Positions 54,788 through 64,000 of a stretch of 64,000 nucleotides of DNA are shown piece by piece. A program made the translations under genes and the position numbers. Numbering within the stretch: position 1 is the stretch's first letter; each line of letters starts with the position of its first letter. A model generated the notes under the pieces. That model made no database searches, was not told the origin of the DNA, and saw only the letters and a list, made by a program, of their open reading frames with translations. This DNA comes from an uncultured Pelagibacteraceae bacterium. Its GTDB lineage: Bacteria; Pseudomonadota; Alphaproteobacteria; Pelagibacterales; Pelagibacteraceae. The stretch covers positions 15,028-79,027 of the forward strand of contig CACJJV010000002.1 in the NCBI GenBank assembly GCA_902593845.1, in the 5' to 3' direction.

Positions 54788-56233
54788 ATGAAATTAAATT
54801 TAAAATACTATTTTTTAAGAGTTTTTTTAATAAATATATTAGCTTTAGTTTATTTATCGGACACTTATTCCTTCGATTTTGGCTTTATCTCTATTCAATC
54901 TTTAATTTATTCAATTCATATATATTTATTATATTTTTTTATTTTTTTTGAGACAGTTTCAGCTATCATAAGTCAGTACGGACTTGATTTTCATTCTTAT
55001 AAATTAATTTTTAATAATTCTTTTAGTTTAAATTATGATTACGTTGGGTATGTTTTATACGAAAATATAAGTATTATTTATTATTTGGTCTTTACTACAT
55101 TAATAATTTACTATCTTGAGAAAAAAAAATATAAGATTAATTTTAAATTTAAATCATTTACTATTATTCAAAAATTTTATCTATTATCCTTCATTATTGC
55201 ATTTATTTTTTCATATATAAATCCATCACTTTCTCATCATAGTTTAATTGAAAGAATAAAAGGTGTGACTAATATGTGGACGGATTTTGAAAGAAATTAT
55301 TCCTACGATGTAAAATATTACAATCAAATGGTAAAAAACAATTTCTTTAGAAATGAGAATTGGTTTAATGCATTAAAGTATACGTTTATTTACTCTGGTA
55401 GTTCTCCCGCAGGTTCAAAAAAACTTAAGAATATAGAAAAACATAATTATTTTGGGAATTTTGAAAAATTTATTAATCAAAAAAAATTCAATAATATTTA
55501 TGTGATAATAAACGAATCTTACCCAAATTTTAGAAATCAAAAACTTAAAAATAATTTATTCCAAAAAATTGTTTTAAATAATGAGAGTTTAAATATTAAA
55601 AAATTCAAAAAAAAATGGAATAGATCTGTAACAACCCAGGGTTCAGAGATGGAATTCTTTTGTGATAAAGAGGTCGATTTTGATGAATTTAAAGATACAG
55701 ACCTTAATATTTTTTTGGAAAAAAATAATTGTTGGATAAATAACATTAAAGATAAAAATTTTATTTATATACATAGTTATAAAGAGTCGTTTTTTAATAG
55801 GTCGAGATATAAAACTTTTTTTGATAAATCATATTTTAGCGAAGATTTAAAAAGATTTAGTTTAAGTGAGTGTATTCAAAAATTTAGTGGGATTTGTGAT
55901 CATGATATTTTGGATAATATGGATATGTTACTCAATAAAAAAGATAACAATTTTGTGATTTTTTTGACAGTTAATAATCATATCCCGCTAGAACCAGTTA
56001 TGGATAAACAATATATAAATTGTGAAAAAAATTTTCCTTTAAATTTAAGTAAACAGTTTTGTACAATTTATAACAACCAGATGTTTTTTAACGAGAGTAT
56101 TTCTAATTTTCTTCTAAGAATGAAAAAAAATGATCTTTTTGTTTTATTTTCTGATACACCCCCAATGTTTTCTGGAAAAAGAAGAATCCATTTTGAGGAT
56201 ACTGTCGATGTATACTTTATTTCAAAAATTTAA
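54788..56233 (+). CDS. Membrane protein with C-terminal alkaline-phosphatase-superfamily (LTA synthase/sulfatase-like) domain
   Basis: About 4 N-terminal TMs; I.ES (INESY), T..SE, H.Y...F.R, T..NH.P, SD.PP motifs. Confidence 0.6.
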   Translation: MKLNLKYYFLRVFLINILALVYLSDTYSFDFGFISIQSLIYSIHIYLLYFFIFFETVSAIISQYGLDFHSYKLIFNNSFSLNYDYVGYVLYENISIIYYLVFTTLIIYYLEKKKYKINFKFKSFTIIQKFYLLSFIIAFIFSYINPSLSHHSLIERIKGVTNMWTDFERNYSYDVKYYNQMVKNNFFRNENWFNALKYTFIYSGSSPAGSKKLKNIEKHNYFGNFEKFINQKKFNNIYVIINESYPNFRNQKLKNNLFQKIVLNNESLNIKKFKKKWNRSVTTQGSEMEFFCDKEVDFDEFKDTDLNIFLEKNNCWINNIKDKNFIYIHSYKESFFNRSRYKTFFDKSYFSEDLKRFSLSECIQKFSGICDHDILDNMDMLLNKKDNNFVIFLTVNNHIPLEPVMDKQYINCEKNFPLNLSKQFCTIYNNQMFFNESISNFLLRMKKNDLFVLFSDTPPMFSGKRRIHFEDTVDVYFISKI

Positions 56234-56254
56234 TTTATTTTTATAGATAATTTA

Positions 56255-56518
56255 CAGGGGCGTTCTGTTGCCAGGTGCCCCAAACCCCGTCTACATAATT
56301 AACAAAGTTAATTAAGCAGCAAGTGCGTAACTTTCGTTAGCAATTATAAATTAGCCCTTTACGGAGGAACAATTCCGAACGAAAGAATAGCCTTTAGTCA
56401 CTCGTCGAATCTAGTTCACCCCCATAAATAATTAATGGTGGAGGTGGTGGGTACTGCCCCCACGTCCGCAATGGTTATTACGAAATTCGTTTATCGTTAT
56501 AGTTGGAAAACCAACAAG
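56255..56518 (-). ncRNA. ssrA: Two-piece (circularly permuted) tmRNA, tag ANESYALAA
   Basis: Acceptor piece ends CACCTCCACCA (56436); 12-nt intervening segment; coding piece starts GGGGGTG (56423) giving G3-U70; tag ORF 56341-56312; GGCAACAGAA 3' motif; ends approximate. Confidence 0.95.
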
Positions 56519-56579
56519 AAGAATATAAAAAAAAAACAAAAAGATTCAATCTTTATTATTAAATTTGAAAATAATTAAT

Positions 56580-57305
56580 TTATCTATATTTTTTTATTAC
56601 TTTAAGTAACTCACACAAAATCTCAAAATTTTTTATGAAATTAAACATTTTAATAGATGATTTCGATGGAACCAAATAGTTTGTTTTGACTGATTTAATA
56701 CTTAATTTTTTTTTAGAATATAAAGCTATTAACTCCAAATCGAAAAAAAATTTTCTAGATAAAAATTTTACTTTATTAAAATTTTTGAATTTTTTAAAAC
56801 CTTTTAAGCCAGCCTGGGAGTCACCACCTTTTATCTCTAATTTCAAAATTTTCAGGTTTATTATTCCTATTAAACTACCAATTATGTATCTTGTTATTTG
56901 ATACAAATTTAAATTTTTGCTAATTAATTTACTTTCCTTCATTTTTCTATTAACTGTGACAAGGTCATAACCTTTATTTAATTCAAAGATAATATTTTTA
57001 AGATTTGAAAAATAAGGAAGATCACAATCTATCAAAATAATTCTTTGGTATTTACTAATTTTGATACCTTTTATAGAGGAAAAAGACTTACCAATATTAA
57101 AATTGTTTTTTAAAATTTTTATTTCTTTAAAATTAAGATTAATTTTTTTTAAAATCTCTAAAGTTTTGTCTGTGCTACCGTCATCAATTAAAATAATTTC
57201 ATATTTAATTTTAAAATTATTAAGTTTTCTTATTAATTTAATTATATTTTTTTCAATAAATTGCGAGCAGTTATAGCAAGGTATAATGAGTGAATATTTA
57301 TTCAC
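56580..57305 (-). CDS. Family 2 glycosyltransferase (polyprenol-phosphate sugar synthase-like)
   Basis: IIPCYN, DDGSTD, N.GK, DxD (DCD), DSQ.G.K, FFDLE. Confidence 0.88.
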   Translation of the reverse strand: MNKYSLIIPCYNCSQFIEKNIIKLIRKLNNFKIKYEIILIDDGSTDKTLEILKKINLNFKEIKILKNNFNIGKSFSSIKGIKISKYQRIILIDCDLPYFSNLKNIIFELNKGYDLVTVNRKMKESKLISKNLNLYQITRYIIGSLIGIINLKILKLEIKGGDSQAGLKGFKKFKNFNKVKFLSRKFFFDLELIALYSKKKLSIKSVKTNYLVPSKSSIKMFNFIKNFEILCELLKVIKKYR

Positions 57306-57388
57306 AGCACAATCTGAAATTGAAAATAATAAATTTAATTTTATAAAACAACATTTATCAATTTATATTTTAGTATATATCTAAAAAT

Positions 57389-58336
57389 ATGAATCTTACT
57401 ATAGACCAAAAAAAAGAGATTGAGGAACAAAAATTACAAAACAATAAAACAAAAAGAGCGGTATCACCTGAGCTAGAGAAAATATTGTATGACGCGGTCC
57501 CAGCTTTAGACCATGGATTTGTAAGAGTAGTAGATTATATGGGAGACGACTCTTCAATAGTTCAGGCAGCAAGGGTTTCATATGGAAAAGGAACCAAACA
57601 AGTTTCAACAGATAGTGGTTTAATTAAATACCTGATGAGACATTGGCATAGTACTCCATTTGAAATGTGCGAAATTAAATATCATATTAAGTTACCAATT
57701 TTTATTGCAAGACAATGGATAAGACACAGGACTGCAAATGTAAACGAGTACTCAGCTAGATATTCAATTTTAGATAAAGAGTTTTATTTACCATCCTCTA
57801 AAAATTTAGCAGCTCAATCAACTAGCAACAGACAAGGTAGGGGTGATGTTTTAGAGGGCAAACAAGCGGAGGAAGTTTTAAAACTTTTAAAAAGTGATGC
57901 AGAAAGAACCTACGATAATTACGAGACAATGTTAAATGAAAGATATGATGGCTCAACAATCAATGAAAATAAAAAAGGATTAGCCAGAGAACTTGCAAGA
58001 ATGAATTTAACTTTAAACACATATACTCAGTGGTATTGGAAAACTGATTTATTAAATTTAATGAATTTCCTAAGATTAAGAGCTGATAGTCATGCTCAAT
58101 ATGAAATTAGGGTTTATGCTGATATAATGTTGGATACAGTAAAAAAATGGGTTCCAATTACATATGATGCGTTTATGGATTATAGAGTTGGTGGAACGGA
58201 GGTTTCAGCAAAAGGAAAAATGATTATTCAAAAAATTATCAAAGGTGAAAATGTCAATTTAGAAACTTCAGGAATGTCAAAAAGAGAATGGAATGAAATT
58301 ATGACAGCCTTTGATCTCACCGACTATTTGAAATAG
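57389..58336 (+). CDS. thyX: FAD-dependent thymidylate synthase
   Basis: AARVSY, H.TPFE, RQW.RHR.......SARY signature. Confidence 0.97.
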   Translation: MNLTIDQKKEIEEQKLQNNKTKRAVSPELEKILYDAVPALDHGFVRVVDYMGDDSSIVQAARVSYGKGTKQVSTDSGLIKYLMRHWHSTPFEMCEIKYHIKLPIFIARQWIRHRTANVNEYSARYSILDKEFYLPSSKNLAAQSTSNRQGRGDVLEGKQAEEVLKLLKSDAERTYDNYETMLNERYDGSTINENKKGLARELARMNLTLNTYTQWYWKTDLLNLMNFLRLRADSHAQYEIRVYADIMLDTVKKWVPITYDAFMDYRVGGTEVSAKGKMIIQKIIKGENVNLETSGMSKREWNEIMTAFDLTDYLK

Positions 58337-58351
58337 AATAAATACTGATTA

Positions 58352-59623
58352 TTGATGGTTAAAAATTATTATAAATTCGGTTTTCTTATTTTGTTGTCTT
58401 TACTAATTTATAGTCGGAGTCCGTATATTTTTAGTTATGGAAGATTTTTTTCTTTAGATTTAGTTCATCATTTTAAAATAGAGACACTAAATTTAACACA
58501 TTCATTATTTTATATAGATTACAATGCGAGATATTTAAATTTTATCTCAAATATATCATCTATCATTTCCTCACGTTTTTTTGCTCTAGAGAACGCACAA
58601 TATGTTGCAGTATATCTCAGTCTTTTAGTATATTTTATTATTTTATATAAAATTCTTTTTGAAGAATCTGAACTGTTCATAAATTTAGTTCAAAAATATA
58701 TATTCTCTATTTTAGTTATATTAACTCCCGTAATGAGTTTTGAGATTTGGTTAAATGCAATAAATCTTCAAGTTTATTTAGGGTTATTATCTATAATAAT
58801 TTTATTTTTAAATCCTGATAAAACAAAGAAAATATTTAATTATTTTCTTTTAATTGTTTGTGGTCTGTCCGGTATATATTCCTGTGCATTAACCCCTTTA
58901 TTTTTTTGGAATTATATAAGAAAAAAAAGTAGATATAATTTAATTTGTTTTTTAATTTTGTTTATATGTTCAATAATACAATTATCTTTAATATTAATAT
59001 CAACATCTATAGTTGAACATGGATCATCGAACACAGTAATAATTTTAGAGTTTTCAAAATATGAACCTATAAGCTTTATATATAATACCGTTATAAGAGC
59101 TTTTTTTGGATCAAGTTTTCCAAAATTTATTTTTGAAATTTTTGGATTAAATTTAAAAGAAGTTTTAACAAATAATAATATAAAAGATTTATTATTTTTT
59201 ATTTCATTATTTATCTCATTAATTTTGATATTTATTTCAATTTGGGTATTTAACAGTTTTAAAAAAAAAGAGAAAAAGATTGTATATATCTACCTGATAT
59301 CAATTTTTATTATAACATCTTTTGTTGTAATTGTTGGTGGAGTCTCAGATAGCCTTCATGGGAGGTATTCAGCACTTCCAGGTATTACTATAATTTTGAT
59401 AGTTTTACATGTTGCATCAAATTCAACAAAAACTTTTCTAAAAAATTTATCTATAATTTTGATAGGATGCACTTTATTCTTTGGCTTATATGACTATAGA
59501 CTTAAAAATTATCTAGTTTATTTTGACTGTATCAATTGTCCAGATTGGCAGATGGAAGTTAAAAAATATAAAAGCGATAAAAGCTATAAACCTAATGCAT
59601 GGCCTTATCACATAGATAGATAA
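58352..59623 (+). CDS. Polytopic membrane protein, putative GT-C/GtrII-like glycosyltransferase
   Basis: About 10-11 hydrophobic segments; N-terminal R.P....GRF...D loop, N.Q, GLSG, GRY; C-terminal WP. Confidence 0.5.
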   Translation: MMVKNYYKFGFLILLSLLIYSRSPYIFSYGRFFSLDLVHHFKIETLNLTHSLFYIDYNARYLNFISNISSIISSRFFALENAQYVAVYLSLLVYFIILYKILFEESELFINLVQKYIFSILVILTPVMSFEIWLNAINLQVYLGLLSIIILFLNPDKTKKIFNYFLLIVCGLSGIYSCALTPLFFWNYIRKKSRYNLICFLILFICSIIQLSLILISTSIVEHGSSNTVIILEFSKYEPISFIYNTVIRAFFGSSFPKFIFEIFGLNLKEVLTNNNIKDLLFFISLFISLILIFISIWVFNSFKKKEKKIVYIYLISIFIITSFVVIVGGVSDSLHGRYSALPGITIILIVLHVASNSTKTFLKNLSIILIGCTLFFGLYDYRLKNYLVYFDCINCPDWQMEVKKYKSDKSYKPNAWPYHIDR

Positions 59624-59628
59624 GATAT

Positions 59629-60453
59629 CTATTGAATTTTTTTTTTTACTTTGTCAGCTAAGTCAACAAATATCTTTGTTATTTCATGCTTAGGATTATC
59701 CTCAACAATTGGTTTTCCATTATCACTAGTTAAACCAACATCCGGGCTTATTGGAATTTCTCCTAAAAAATCTTTTTTAAATTCCGCAGCGGTTTTTTTT
59801 ACTCCACCTTCACCAAAAATATTATATCTTTTGTTGTCATCTCCAATGAAATAACTCATATTATCAACTAAACCTAAAATTTTTACACCAAGTTTATCAA
59901 ACATTTTAATTCCTCTTTTTACATCCAATAAAGCAACTTCTTGCGGAGTTGAAATAATAATAGCTCCATCAATTTTTATTTCTTGAGAAAAGGTTAGTTG
60001 CGTGTCACCAGTTCCTGGTGGCATATCAACAATTATAAAATCCAAGTCCTTCCAGCTAACTTTTTGTGTAAAAGTTCTGATTGCACTTGTTACCATCGGT
60101 CCCCGCCAAATCATAGGAGTTTGCTGATCAGTAAGAAAACCGATAGACATACATTGAATGTCGTATTTATTTATAGGTTCTAATTTTTCTCCATCACTTT
60201 TTGGTTTTTCATCAATTCCCATCATTTTAGGTATAGATGGACCATAAATGTCTGCATCTAATATACCAACTTTACATCCAACTTTTTTAAGAGCTAAAGC
60301 TAAGTTAGTTGCAAAAGTTGATTTTCCAACACCCCCTTTCGCGCTAGAAATTGCAATAGTAAACTTAGTTCCCTTTATTGGATTTTTCGTAGGCAATTTT
60401 CTACCCATTTTAGCTCTCATTGCGTCACTTAATTCTGGTTTTTCCTTTGGCAT
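59629..60453 (-). CDS. mrp: Mrp/NBP35/ApbC family ATPase
   Basis: KGGVGKST, DADIYGPS, WRGPM, D.PPGTGD, TPQ. Confidence 0.94.
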   Translation of the reverse strand: MPKEKPELSDAMRAKMGRKLPTKNPIKGTKFTIAISSAKGGVGKSTFATNLALALKKVGCKVGILDADIYGPSIPKMMGIDEKPKSDGEKLEPINKYDIQCMSIGFLTDQQTPMIWRGPMVTSAIRTFTQKVSWKDLDFIIVDMPPGTGDTQLTFSQEIKIDGAIIISTPQEVALLDVKRGIKMFDKLGVKILGLVDNMSYFIGDDNKRYNIFGEGGVKKTAAEFKKDFLGEIPISPDVGLTSDNGKPIVEDNPKHEITKIFVDLADKVKKKIQ

Positions 60454-60504
60454 TAAAGGATCTTAACTTGTTTTTCCTCATAAAGACATTATATAGATTG
60501 CCGT

Positions 60505-61620
60505 ATGTCGGATGATTTTAGACGAGGTGGCGGAAGTCCTTGGGGAACACCCCCAGGAGGAAGCGGTGGTGGAAGCGGCAATGGTTCTGGCCGAGGTCCA
60601 ACTCCACCGGACATTGACAAAATTATAAGAGAATTCCAAGAAAAAATTAAAAAATTTTTACCAGGAGGCAGTTCTTCTGGTGGTAAGCAAGTAGTTTTAG
60701 TTTTAATTATTTTAGGATTTGTTTGGTTAGCAAGTGGTCTTTATAGAGTTCTACCAGATGAGCAAGGAGTAGTTCTAAGATTTGGTAAATTTGTAAAAAC
60801 AACTCAACCTGGATTAAATTATCATATTCCTTTTCCTGTTGAGTCTGTTCTTACTCCAAAGGTTACCAAAGTTAATAGAATTGATATTGGTTTTAGATCT
60901 GAGAGGGATAGTGGGTTTACGTCTCAAGGAGGTGTAGCAGATGTTCCTCAAGAAAGCCTAATGTTAACTGGAGATGAAAATATTGTGAATATCGATTTCT
61001 CAGTTTTTTGGGTCATTAAAGATGCAGGAAACTTTTTATTCAAAATTCAAGATCCAGAGGGAACTGTTAAAGCAGCAGCGGAAACTGCAATGAGAGAGGT
61101 AATTGCAAGATCTGATATTCAACCTATTTTAACTGAAGGTAGATCAGTCATAGAAACAGATACCCAAGAAATTATTCAAAAGATTTTAGATGAATACACT
61201 AGTGGTATTCAGATAACACAAGTTCAAACACAAAAAGCTGACCCACCAGATCAGGTGATTGATGCATTTAGAGATGTACAGGCAGCAAGAGCTGATATGG
61301 AAAGATCTAAGAATGAAGCTGAAGCATATGCAAATGATGTTATCCCAAGAGCTCGAGGGGAAGCGGAAAAAATTTTACAAGCGGCTGAAGCATATAAGAA
61401 AGAAGTTGTAGCAAAAGCTGAGGGTGAAGCCAGCAGGTTCTTGGCAATCTATAACGAATATAAAAATGCAAAATCTGTAACACAAGAAAGAATGTATTTA
61501 GAAACAATGGAAAAAGTTTTAGCCGATATTGATAAAGTAATTATTGAAAAAAATGCAGGCTCAGGTGTAGTGCCTTATTTACCTTTACCTGAATTGCAAA
61601 AAAAGAAAGTAACAAATTAA
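60505..61620 (+). CDS. hflK: FtsH protease modulator HflK
   Basis: Gly-rich N-terminus with PPD.D, SPFH domain, MLTGDENI, R.YLETME, YLPL. Confidence 0.97.
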   Translation: MSDDFRRGGGSPWGTPPGGSGGGSGNGSGRGPTPPDIDKIIREFQEKIKKFLPGGSSSGGKQVVLVLIILGFVWLASGLYRVLPDEQGVVLRFGKFVKTTQPGLNYHIPFPVESVLTPKVTKVNRIDIGFRSERDSGFTSQGGVADVPQESLMLTGDENIVNIDFSVFWVIKDAGNFLFKIQDPEGTVKAAAETAMREVIARSDIQPILTEGRSVIETDTQEIIQKILDEYTSGIQITQVQTQKADPPDQVIDAFRDVQAARADMERSKNEAEAYANDVIPRARGEAEKILQAAEAYKKEVVAKAEGEASRFLAIYNEYKNAKSVTQERMYLETMEKVLADIDKVIIEKNAGSGVVPYLPLPELQKKKVTN

Positions 61621-61621
61621 T

Positions 61622-62491
61622 ATGAATGCAGGAAAAATTACAGCTGGAATTATTGTTGCCTTAGCAGTAGTTGCGTTCTTTTCAATTTTTATAGTTAAAG
61701 AAGTTAATCAGGCAATAGTTTTACAATTTGGAGACCCAAAAAGAATAATTTTAAAACCTGGATTAAATTTTAAAATTCCTTTTATTCAAAACGTTGTATT
61801 TTTGGATAAGAGAATTTTAAATTTGGACACACCGCCAGAAGAGGTGATTGCTTCTGATCAAAAGAGATTGATAGTTGATGCATTTGCAAGATTTCAAATA
61901 GTTGATCCTCTTAAGTTTTATATTTCAGTTGGAAATGAGAGAGTTGCAAGATCAAGATTGGCTACGATTATCAATTCAAGAATTAGGAACGTTCTTGGAC
62001 AACAAGAACTTCAAACGCTTCTTTCAGAGGACAGAACAAAACAAATGGCACTAATTCAAGAAGGTGTAAATAATGAAGCAGAAAATTTTGGAATAAAAAT
62101 AGTTGATGTTAGAATTAAAAGAGCTGATCTTCCCCAAGCTAACAGTGATGCAATTTTTAGAAGAATGCAGACCGAAAGGGAGAGAGAAGCAAAAGAATTT
62201 AGAGCAAGAGGAGCTGAAATGGCAGTTACAATTACATCGACTGCTGACAAAGAAGTAACTGTAATTTTAGCTGAGGCTCAAAAAAAATCGGAAATTATGA
62301 AAGGTGAAGGAGATGGTAAAAGAAATAATATCTTTGCTGCAGCGTTTGGACAGGATCCAGAATTCTTTGCATTTTATAGAGCTATGCAAGCTTATGAAAA
62401 AGCCTTGATAGGTGGGGAAACATCTTTAATTCTATCTCCTGATAGTGAATTCTTTAAATTTTTTGGAAATATAGAACCTAAAACAGAGTAA
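61622..62491 (+). CDS. hflC: FtsH protease modulator HflC
   Basis: PGL.FK.PF, DVRIKR.DLP, RM..ER, DPEF..F.R. Confidence 0.97.
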   Translation: MNAGKITAGIIVALAVVAFFSIFIVKEVNQAIVLQFGDPKRIILKPGLNFKIPFIQNVVFLDKRILNLDTPPEEVIASDQKRLIVDAFARFQIVDPLKFYISVGNERVARSRLATIINSRIRNVLGQQELQTLLSEDRTKQMALIQEGVNNEAENFGIKIVDVRIKRADLPQANSDAIFRRMQTEREREAKEFRARGAEMAVTITSTADKEVTVILAEAQKKSEIMKGEGDGKRNNIFAAAFGQDPEFFAFYRAMQAYEKALIGGETSLILSPDSEFFKFFGNIEPKTE

Positions 62492-62497
62492 ACTTTG

Positions 62498-62683
62498 ATG
62501 AAAGAATTGATCATTGCTCTTGGTCTATTCTTTTTTATTGAAGGAATTTTATATGCCTTATTTCCATCAAAAATGAAGAATATGTTGAAAAAGCTTGAGT
62601 TAATCAAAGATAGTCAATTACGTACTGGTGGATTAATTTTTGCTTTAATAGGATTTATAATTATTTATTACGCAAAAAGTTAA
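62498..62683 (+). CDS. DUF2065 family small membrane protein
   Basis: ALGL...IEG..YALFP and LR..GL; usual position after hflC. Confidence 0.85.
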   Translation: MKELIIALGLFFFIEGILYALFPSKMKNMLKKLELIKDSQLRTGGLIFALIGFIIIYYAKS

Positions 62684-62684
62684 A

Positions 62685-64000
62685 ATGACAAAAATAAAAG
62701 CAATATTTCTCTCTTTAATATTAGTATTTAATTTCTCATCAGTATCTAATTCTCAAAATATTCCTAATTCGTTTGCAGATTTAGCTGAAAAATTAATGCC
62801 TTCAGTAGTGAATATTTCAACAACCCAAACTGTTGTTGAGAGAAGTAATCCATTTCCAAATTTTCAGTTTCCACCAGGATCTCCTTTTGGTGATATGTTT
62901 AAAGAATTTGGAACTCCTCAAGAGAGACAATCCTCAGCACTTGGCTCGGGATTTATTATAGATGAAAAAGGAATACTAGTAACAAATAATCATGTGATTG
63001 AAGGAGCAGAGGATATTGTTGTTCAAGTAAATGGTGAAAAAAAATTTAAAGCAAAAGTTATTGGAGCAGACCCTCTTTCAGATATTGCTGTTCTAAAAAT
63101 TGAATCAAAAGAAAAGTTTTTACCTGTGAGATTTGGTGACTCAGATAAAGCAAGAATAGGTGATTGGGTTATAGCTATTGGAAATCCATTTGGGTTAGGT
63201 GGAACAGTTACCTCAGGAATAATTTCTGCAAGAAATCGATCAATTGGATTATCAAGATATGAAGATTATATTCAAACTGATGCATCTATCAACTCAGGAA
63301 ACTCTGGTGGTCCCTTGTTCGATATGAATGGTAATGTGATTGGGATTAACACGGCTATTCTCGGTAGAAGTGGAAATGTAGGAATAGGTTTTTCAATACC
63401 ATCCAATAGTGCAAAAATTGTAATTGATCAATTAATTGAATTTGGGGAAACAAAAAGGGGATGGTTAGGAGTAAGAATTCAAGATGTAACAAAAGAAATT
63501 GCAGATGTTGAAAAGTTAGATGAACCAAGAGGAGCTCTAGTAGCAAGTGTTGCACCAAATAGTCCTTCAGAAAAAGCAGGGGTGAAAAGCGGAGATATTA
63601 TTTTAGAATTCAATGGAGAAAAAATAAAGCAAATGAAAGAGCTTCCTATAATTGTTGCAAGAACTGAAGTTGGAAAAAAAGTAAAAGTTAAAATCTGGAG
63701 AAACAAAAAGGAAATTATCAAAACAATTACACTTGGAAGATTGGAGACATCAGAAGATTTTAAAATTTCAGAAAAAAAAGAGGAACTACCAAAAGAAACC
63801 TTAATTGAGAATCTGAAAATAAATGTAAGAAAACTCTCTGATCAAGATATTAAAACGAGAAACTTACCCAACCAAACTAGTGGTCTCGTGATTACAAGCA
63901 TTGAAAAAAATAGTCCCTTAACAGGCTCAATCGAAGTGAATAGCATCATTTTAGAAGCTCAGAAGAAAAAAATAAGGAATGTTGAAGATTTAAAACAAGC
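62685..64000 (+). CDS. degP: Do/DegP-family periplasmic serine endoprotease (runs off the window)
   Basis: Manual translation from ATG 62685: signal peptide, SFADLAEKL.PSVVNI, GSGFII, TNNHV, QTDASINSGNSGGPL, PDZ; absent from the ORF track because no stop lies in the window. Confidence 0.93.
   Translation, partial: MTKIKAIFLSLILVFNFSSVSNSQNIPNSFADLAEKLMPSVVNISTTQTVVERSNPFPNFQFPPGSPFGDMFKEFGTPQERQSSALGSGFIIDEKGILVTNNHVIEGAEDIVVQVNGEKKFKAKVIGADPLSDIAVLKIESKEKFLPVRFGDSDKARIGDWVIAIGNPFGLGGTVTSGIISARNRSIGLSRYEDYIQTDASINSGNSGGPLFDMNGNVIGINTAILGRSGNVGIGFSIPSNSAKIVIDQLIEFGETKRGWLGVRIQDVTKEIADVEKLDEPRGALVASVAPNSPSEKAGVKSGDIILEFNGEKIKQMKELPIIVARTEVGKKVKVKIWRNKKEIIKTITLGRLETSEDFKISEKKEELPKETLIENLKINVRKLSDQDIKTRNLPNQTSGLVITSIEKNSPLTGSIEVNSIILEAQKKKIRNVEDLKQ

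Noticed and set aside
56520-56545. Long A tract upstream of tmRNA, and other poly-A/T runs, as phase-variation switches
   Set aside because: Homopolymers of 8-11 nt occur throughout this AT-rich sequence, including in essential genes; no frameshifted ORF was seen.
60525-60610. GC-rich, repeat-like patch at the start of hflK
   Set aside because: Encodes the normal Gly/Pro-rich HflK N-terminus; not foreign DNA or an array.

Overview
Very AT-rich, tightly packed alphaproteobacterial chromosome segment. Gene content, order, the permuted tmRNA and thyX point to SAR11/Pelagibacterales (inference). It is almost all core genome: lgt, an EnvZ/OmpR-like pair with a MarR regulator, ilvE, uvrB-SDR-folB-uvrC-pgsA, an aspartate aminotransferase, trxB, carAB, yqeY-dnaG-rpoD with two tRNAs, mlaA/mlaC, an amidase, rnpB, a rearranged dcw cluster, lpxC-bamD-ligA, aminopeptidase P, uvrD, fumC, tmRNA, thyX, mrp, hflKC and a partial degP. 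No IS, integrase, prophage or CRISPR array was seen. The most notable observations are: (1) a Cys homolog of animal selenoprotein J/J1-crystallin 1 nt downstream of thioredoxin reductase; (2) a 233-aa FtsA-like protein that appears to keep only subdomains 1A/1C and the membrane helix, with ftsZ moved to the front of the dcw cluster; (3) a tRNA-Val(GAC) with a rewired D/T-loop elbow; (4) three putative surface-modification genes inserted singly around tmRNA/thyX, one bounded by a degenerate copy of the tmRNA 3' end. All protein family calls come from motif recognition by eye, not from database searches.
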